Shown: positions 45,590 to 50,359 of the stretch, piece by piece | Position numbering within the stretch: the first letter of the stretch is position 1 | Layout of the letters: every line of letters begins with the position of its first letter | Origin: a virus | Lineage: Duplodnaviria > Heunggongvirae > Uroviricota > Caudoviricetes | DNA: 50,359 nucleotides | Strand: one strand, 5' to 3' | Virus record (IMG/VR): IMGVR_UViG_3300033062_000614 | Made by a program: the position numbers and the translations under genes | Notes under the pieces: generated by a model | What the model saw: the letters and a program-made list of their open reading frames with translations, nothing else | Databases searched by the model: none | What the model was told of the DNA's origin: nothing

Positions 45590-45967
45590 TTAACTCCTAT
45601 CTCCCGCATCTTCGTGCAGGTCTGGTTGTTCCTCAATCATCTCCTCTAGTTTGGGAATGAGTAGCTTTAGCTCTATTTCTTTCATTTGTCCAATATGCCC
45701 AGATTTGGTGCTAGCTTTAAGCCAAGTATACATAGCTATGCGATTTTCTCTTACTTTCCAATCACCCCAAATAGCTGAACAGAGCTTATGGGCTTTAATT
45801 CTAAGGGCTTTAACTACACTATCTGCTGCAGTCCCCATAATTCTACCATCAGGATGTTCTGTGATAGTAATTGTGCACTCTGGGAAGTTTGGACAGCCCC
45901 ACCAATAGCTCTCAGAGAATTTACTCTTTCTTCGAATCATTTCAACATTACAGTTTGGGCATATCAT
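45590..45967 (-). CDS. Zn-finger protein (DUF3268-like)
   Basis: CPNC...WGCPNFPEC...GTAAD..LRIKAH...Y.WL...HIG.M. Confidence 0.7.
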   Translation of the reverse strand: MICPNCNVEMIRRKSKFSESYWWGCPNFPECTITITEHPDGRIMGTAADSVVKALRIKAHKLCSAIWGDWKVRENRIAMYTWLKASTKSGHIGQMKEIELKLLIPKLEEMIEEQPDLHEDAGDRS

Positions 45968-46215
45968 AAGTCATCCTTTATGAAGTCCTGATACCGCTTT
46001 GTGTCAATCTTACCTTCAGAGCCCATCAGAAATCCTGTTAGAAAAGAGAAGCCTCTAACAATATCTGGGTTCTTGAACAAGGTGTGTATTCCATCCCAAG
46101 CTCTATCTCCTAGAGGCTGGCGGTAGTTAAGCATAATGACAGCGTATAGCTTTATCAACTTAGTGCCGTCATCATATTTTTGGTTAGTCATAATGTTATC
46201 TACTGTATCCATCAA
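45964..46215 (-). CDS. Hypothetical protein
   Basis: Coupled ORF. Confidence 0.5.
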   Translation of the reverse strand: MMDTVDNIMTNQKYDDGTKLIKLYAVIMLNYRQPLGDRAWDGIHTLFKNPDIVRGFSFLTGFLMGSEGKIDTKRYQDFIKDDL

Positions 46216-46681
46216 ACCTCAGTTTGAATCGAGGTCTGGGTTTACTAGGTTTCCAATTTCTGATATCCATACCTCTCTCTTCCCAATCAAGCCATTCCAA
46301 AAGAGAGGGGTCAGCTACATCTGCCCATAATCCACAATGGGCTTCTCTAGGACAAGAGCTCACTAAGTCTTCGGTATTAACAAAGTTGAGTTTACACTCT
46401 TTGGTAATTTTCTCAGCTAATTCTCTATGAAGAGAGTTAGTCATATCAAAGGGTATAGTCAAAGTCATATCTACGGGGTCTTTCCACCAAAATGTAAGAT
46501 ATGCTGCCCTTAGTTTACCTAATTGGTCAACTCCAGCAGACCATCTACTTTGGACATCAGATTCTGCAAAGCTAAGTCCAGACTTTGCTAAATTCCAAAT
46601 ACTACTACTGAAGCCTACAACAACTCCAAGGTCGGACTTGCCAAAACGAAACTCACTAGGCTTGAGAGCTATAGTTCTCAC
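46196..46681 (-). CDS. Hypothetical protein
   Basis: Coupled ORF (GTGA overlap). Confidence 0.55.
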   Translation of the reverse strand: MRTIALKPSEFRFGKSDLGVVVGFSSSIWNLAKSGLSFAESDVQSRWSAGVDQLGKLRAAYLTFWWKDPVDMTLTIPFDMTNSLHRELAEKITKECKLNFVNTEDLVSSCPREAHCGLWADVADPSLLEWLDWEERGMDIRNWKPSKPRPRFKLRFDGYSR

Positions 46682-47076
46682 TCTTTCCCCACCTCCTCTA
46701 TCATATATTCTGAGCCATCCTCACGCTTTTCAAAGCGATGGATTGTATGGTGTATAATTACTCTGTCTCCCGTTTTCAACTTTCCATCGCTATGGTCTAG
46801 CCAAGCGAGGGCGTGAGTCTTGTAATTTTCTAATTCTTTGGTCATCGTCCTATCCCTCCATTCTCGAAATATACGCCAATCGTGTATAGGCTCTTTGTCT
46901 ATACGCTTAATGGAGAGCCATATCAGGTCTTCCATAAACTTCTTGATGACCATATACGTAGAGTTCTTATATACCTCAATCTCTCCACCGCCAAAACAGA
47001 GCTTAGAATAGTCTTCAATAGACATCAAGCTCCCATCAGGTTTGACCATAACATTCATCCTTACGAATTCATCCAT
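46678..47076 (-). CDS. Hypothetical protein
   Basis: Start placed at MDEFVRM after GGGAGGAG. Confidence 0.55.
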   Translation of the reverse strand: MDEFVRMNVMVKPDGSLMSIEDYSKLCFGGGEIEVYKNSTYMVIKKFMEDLIWLSIKRIDKEPIHDWRIFREWRDRTMTKELENYKTHALAWLDHSDGKLKTGDRVIIHHTIHRFEKREDGSEYMIEEVGKE

Positions 47077-47281
47077 CGTGTTGGTCTCCTCCCTGCATAT
47101 CTCTCTGCCAGAGTTCAAAGAAAGACTCAAAACTCATTTCGTCTTCTTGAGAGTAGACATCGTGACCTTTGCTACTCTTCTCTTCGTCTTTCATAAAGAG
47201 CTTGAAGCCTTTCTTGACAAGGGCAATAGCATAACCGCCCTTCTCGTAGATTACTGTAAAGTCTTTTAGGTTACTTGCCAT
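47069..47281 (-). CDS. Hypothetical protein
   Basis: Coupled ORF with an SD. Confidence 0.55.
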   Translation of the reverse strand: MASNLKDFTVIYEKGGYAIALVKKGFKLFMKDEEKSSKGHDVYSQEDEMSFESFFELWQRDMQGGDQHDG

Positions 47282-47652
47282 TATTTCCTCCTTAGTTTGA
47301 CTGAAGCAAGTTCCTCTTTTAGGCTATCCCGTTTTTCAATAGCCTTCTTGAGCTCATCCTTAAGATACACAATCTCCGCTTTAAGCTCTACGTTGGTAGG
47401 CTCTTTCTCACTCTTATATAAGAGGTCATAGAACCTAGCCCTAGCTACTTGTAGGTCATTGGTAAGTCTATCTACCCTATGCTGGAGTTGTTTAACTAGA
47501 GGGTGGTGAGTTGCTAGTTCATTAGCTACGTTAGACAAGGCTAGTTTACCTGCCAAGACTTTTAGCTCGTCAACTCCAATAATCCGAGACTTAGCTCCAG
47601 AAGATTGTAGCCCTAACTCCGTCAATATGAATTTTTCAAGTTCGTTTACCAT
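47281..47652 (-). CDS. Coiled-coil hypothetical protein
   Basis: Heptad-rich C-terminal half; SD AGGAGG. Confidence 0.55.
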   Translation of the reverse strand: MVNELEKFILTELGLQSSGAKSRIIGVDELKVLAGKLALSNVANELATHHPLVKQLQHRVDRLTNDLQVARARFYDLLYKSEKEPTNVELKAEIVYLKDELKKAIEKRDSLKEELASVKLRRK

Positions 47653-47842
47653 TATGACCTCCTTTGCAAGTTCCTAGTTTGCACTCTTCACATTCGTTGT
47701 CGCCATAGATTGGACCAGATATTTGGATAGCAGAACCTACAGGCTTTTTACATTTGGCACAAATGAGCTCATACTTGCCATCCTTATAATGTAAGTCCCA
47801 ATGTTCTATACAACACCTACTGTGTATAAAGTATTCTGCCAT
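47636..47842 (-). CDS. Small Cys/His-rich Zn-binding protein
   Basis: HSRCCIEHW...CAKC...CEECK. Confidence 0.55.
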   Translation of the reverse strand: MAEYFIHSRCCIEHWDLHYKDGKYELICAKCKKPVGSAIQISGPIYGDNECEECKLGTCKGGHNGKRT

Positions 47843-48298
47843 TTATTCCTCCTTAAAGATGCTACCAAATAGAAAATCTATTCCTTCTGTTGATATGATA
47901 GGTTCATTCAAAAGAACCTCTCCATTGACCCTTACCATAGGATAGCTTACAGAGTAGTTACCTTGTTTGCTTGTATAGGCTACTACCAGAGCCTCTTCTC
48001 TATCAGGATGCTCTGAAGGGATTATGTCCATAAGAGATTTAGCTGATTTTCTATCAGCTCTTACAAGCCAAGCTTCAGACATAAAGGTGACTGAAGTAAC
48101 TTCCAACCTTTTGAAGTGTTGGCATATAGCACTTGCTAAGGCTTTTTTCTCTTCTTGATTTCTTTGAATAAAAGGAACTACATATCTTCTATCACCCTTA
48201 GTTCCTATTACCATAGGTTGAAGAGAGCCTTTGTCGTTCATTATACTTTTAGCAAAGGCTATGTTGAAATCAATCTCTTTCTTTATGCATTCTTCCAT
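47843..48298 (-). CDS. Hypothetical protein, paralog of 44640-45128
   Basis: PMVIG, YVVPF, FMSEAW and PSEHPDREE. Confidence 0.7.
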   Translation of the reverse strand: MEECIKKEIDFNIAFAKSIMNDKGSLQPMVIGTKGDRRYVVPFIQRNQEEKKALASAICQHFKRLEVTSVTFMSEAWLVRADRKSAKSLMDIIPSEHPDREEALVVAYTSKQGNYSVSYPMVRVNGEVLLNEPIISTEGIDFLFGSIFKEE

Positions 48299-48430
48299 TA
48301 CTTAGCCTCCCTTTCTTTCCCCATTTGAAAGCTACATACCAAAGGAAATAGATAAAAAATGGGATTCGTTTAACCCAAAACCATACCTCTAATACTTCAT
48401 CCCGAAAACTTTCTCTTAACTGTGCTTTGA

Positions 48431-49303
48431 TTAACATTGCTTAGCCTCCTTGTAGTCCCACTCTTTCCAAAATATGTTCCAGTGGTCTACGTTAGTATAG
48501 GTTAGAGTATAGGCTCTTGCCATAAAGAGAGCTAAGTCCTTATCAGGCTTTTTGCTTCTTAGCCAATTAAGATACGCCCACCTAGTGCGTTGAAATCTAT
48601 AGGCGTGCTGGAACTGCTCTTCATCAAGAGTTACAGCTCCAAAGTTAGGCATCTGGGCGTCACAAGATAACTGCAATAACATTTGTCCAAGCATAACCTC
48701 TTCTTGCCAGCATAAGATATGCTTGATAGGCACTATACCTTTAGACAAAGTCTTGAGCGGTCTGATGTGGGTAAAGAGAACATCCTCACCAGTTGGAGCC
48801 CATATATCGTAATACGCCCAATCGAACTTGTCTTTGGTATATTTAAGGTAATCAAAGAGGTCAGCCTCAACGATTTCAGCCTTGGTAGTCTTGAGATGCT
48901 TCCAGACTAGCTCAATAACCTCCTTAGATTTCTCAATTACCTTAATAGAGGTTACGCTCTCCTTGAGGTCTAACATCTTTGTTACATAGCCTATACCTAG
49001 TCCTCCAATTAGAACAGAGCCTTTACACTTTTTAACTACGTGCTTATGACTCTCTTGTTCTTGCGGGATATCCGACATCCAAATACCGCCATCTTCTAGT
49101 AACTGATGAAACTTTACACTACTTACCAAAAGGGCGGTTGTAGGTCTTTTCCTTTTTTTGCCCATTACTCGGTTAAAGATTGCCTCCCTGCTAGAGATTA
49201 CATCAATTGTAGAACCTGCAGGAAAGACCTTGTGCCGTATTTCCCACTTGCCTACCTTATTGGGTGGGATATTGATAGGCGTGTCGAATAGATACCTTTT
49301 CAT
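48431..49303 (-). CDS. Class I SAM-binding protein, spermidine-synthase-like methyltransferase fold
   Basis: WMSD.PQE, VLIGGLGIGY, VIEKS.EVI, EADLF and FDWAYYDIW. Confidence 0.75.
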   Translation of the reverse strand: MKRYLFDTPINIPPNKVGKWEIRHKVFPAGSTIDVISSREAIFNRVMGKKRKRPTTALLVSSVKFHQLLEDGGIWMSDIPQEQESHKHVVKKCKGSVLIGGLGIGYVTKMLDLKESVTSIKVIEKSKEVIELVWKHLKTTKAEIVEADLFDYLKYTKDKFDWAYYDIWAPTGEDVLFTHIRPLKTLSKGIVPIKHILCWQEEVMLGQMLLQLSCDAQMPNFGAVTLDEEQFQHAYRFQRTRWAYLNWLRSKKPDKDLALFMARAYTLTYTNVDHWNIFWKEWDYKEAKQC

Positions 49304-49692
49304 TCATCCTCCTTGCAATCTTTACAATCTCCATCACAACCGTGACCTTTTTCGTGCAAAGATTTGATAATCTTCAACAACTCTGAAGGAGTGTCCGCAT
49401 CTTTGATTGCCTCCATAACCTCTTCTGGAACATCTCCTATGACAATTGCACCCTTTCTCTTTTTACGCTTCATTTCTTTGAGGCGTCCTAAAGAAAAGAG
49501 TGCGTATATCTTCTCACAAGAGTTAAGGTCATCAGAGTTTACAATCTTTTGTATCATTTGAGAAGTCTTGTCATACTTTTTGTCTAGGTTTTGCACCAAG
49601 TCCGAAAGCTTATCAAGGTCTGGCTCTGGGATACCTAAAGCCTCCGACAAAGCCTTCTTGCTATGGTCAAACTTGAATATGTCTCGAAACAT
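49300..49692 (-). CDS. Hypothetical protein
   Basis: Coupled ORF ending HGCDGDCKDC. Confidence 0.55.
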   Translation of the reverse strand: MFRDIFKFDHSKKALSEALGIPEPDLDKLSDLVQNLDKKYDKTSQMIQKIVNSDDLNSCEKIYALFSLGRLKEMKRKKRKGAIVIGDVPEEVMEAIKDADTPSELLKIIKSLHEKGHGCDGDCKDCKEDE

Positions 49693-49700
49693 ATGTCCTC

Positions 49701-50357
49701 CTATTTGCTAAATATGTTAGCTATCTCCACAACATCTGAATGTTCGTCACACTTAGACATCAAGAAGTTTTTGGAGATTTGGATTAGCTTGCTCTGATAT
49801 TGGTCATTCTTGTCATACTTATTGCGGGTTATCAGAACTGTGTGCATATCTATGTTCTCCAAAGTCTTGTTAGAGCTTTCAACTTCAACGTCCGCTAGAC
49901 CATCGCTTACTAATAGAATATCAGCAAGGTCAATCTTTGCAAGCTCCTTCTTTTTGATATCCTTAGCAGCAACCTCTATAGCGTGCTGTATATTAGTGCC
50001 ACCGTCAGCGTGTTGACCAAAGACTAGCCTAGGAAGAAAAGACATAGCGTCCTCTTTTGTCCTTATGGTATGAAGGTCTGATACACCATCAGTAAACCAC
50101 CTAAAGAAAAAGAGGTCTTCGTGACTAATCATTTTCTTCATAAGGGCTATCGTGACGGCTTTGCTTACGTCAATTTTGGTAAGCCCATCTCCTACACCTT
50201 CGTCCATACTCCCAGAGCTATCAACTATCATATAGAGTATCTGACGCTTCTCTTGTCTTTGCATATACCTCTTTTTAAGGAGTTCCTTGCTTACAAGCTT
50301 CTTCATAAACAAAATCTCATCTAAGGCTAGCTGGGAAGGCAAGAGCTTAGTAACGTC
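49701..50357 (-). CDS. vWA-domain protein (ViaA/CoxE-like), 5'-truncated by the window edge
   Basis: DVTKLLPSQLAL, MIDAS-type IVDSSGSM, GGTNI and LLVSDG. The frame is open to the window end. Confidence 0.85.
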   Translation of the reverse strand, partial: DVTKLLPSQLALDEILFMKKLVSKELLKKRYMQRQEKRQILYMIVDSSGSMDEGVGDGLTKIDVSKAVTIALMKKMISHEDLFFFRWFTDGVSDLHTIRTKEDAMSFLPRLVFGQHADGGTNIQHAIEVAAKDIKKKELAKIDLADILLVSDGLADVEVESSNKTLENIDMHTVLITRNKYDKNDQYQSKLIQISKNFLMSKCDEHSDVVEIANIFSK

Positions 50358-50359
50358 CC

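Noticed and set aside
40683-48460. Recurrent GGAGGCTAA/AGGAGG-type words at gene ends on the - strand
   Set aside because: These are Shine-Dalgarno sites for the next coupled gene, not a separate repeat family.
1-50359. Alternative genetic code (stop-codon reassignment)
   Set aside because: Known protein families are full length under code 11, and TAA, TAG and TGA all end genes at coupled junctions.

Overview
An AT-rich, gene-dense segment of a large contractile-tailed (myovirus-type) dsDNA phage genome, read with the standard bacterial code. Positions 1-37.6 kb (+ strand) form a late/structural arm: tape measure, baseplate (tube initiator, gp53/LysM-like, hub, gp5-like spike, PAAR, gp25, gp6/J, gp7/I-like), tail fibre, four LamG-repeat fibre genes (15 LamG-like modules in total), glycosyltransferases and methyltransferases flanking a long 18-19-aa-repeat protein, and a membrane/lysis-like cassette ending in a u-spanin-like lipoprotein, which suggests a diderm host. 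A 13-bp hairpin at about 37.63 kb separates this arm from a convergent - strand arm (37.75-50.36 kb) of small, translationally coupled early-type genes. That arm includes a metallophosphoesterase, an ATP-dependent DNA ligase, a spermidine-synthase-like methyltransferase and a 5'-truncated vWA protein. The best candidates for novelty are: (i) a stand-alone TIR-like mini-protein whose catalytic Glu is replaced by Gln, a possible decoy against TIR-based immunity; (ii) a cassette-like fibre locus with a duplicated 49-bp stop-to-start spacer, swappable small cargo genes (one a stand-alone CysRS anticodon-binding-like domain), LamG modules inserted into split host domains, and a sharp codon-usage mosaic; (iii) a putative virion glycosylation module; and (iv) a candidate structured RNA. 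All product calls come from motif recognition by eye; no database search was run.
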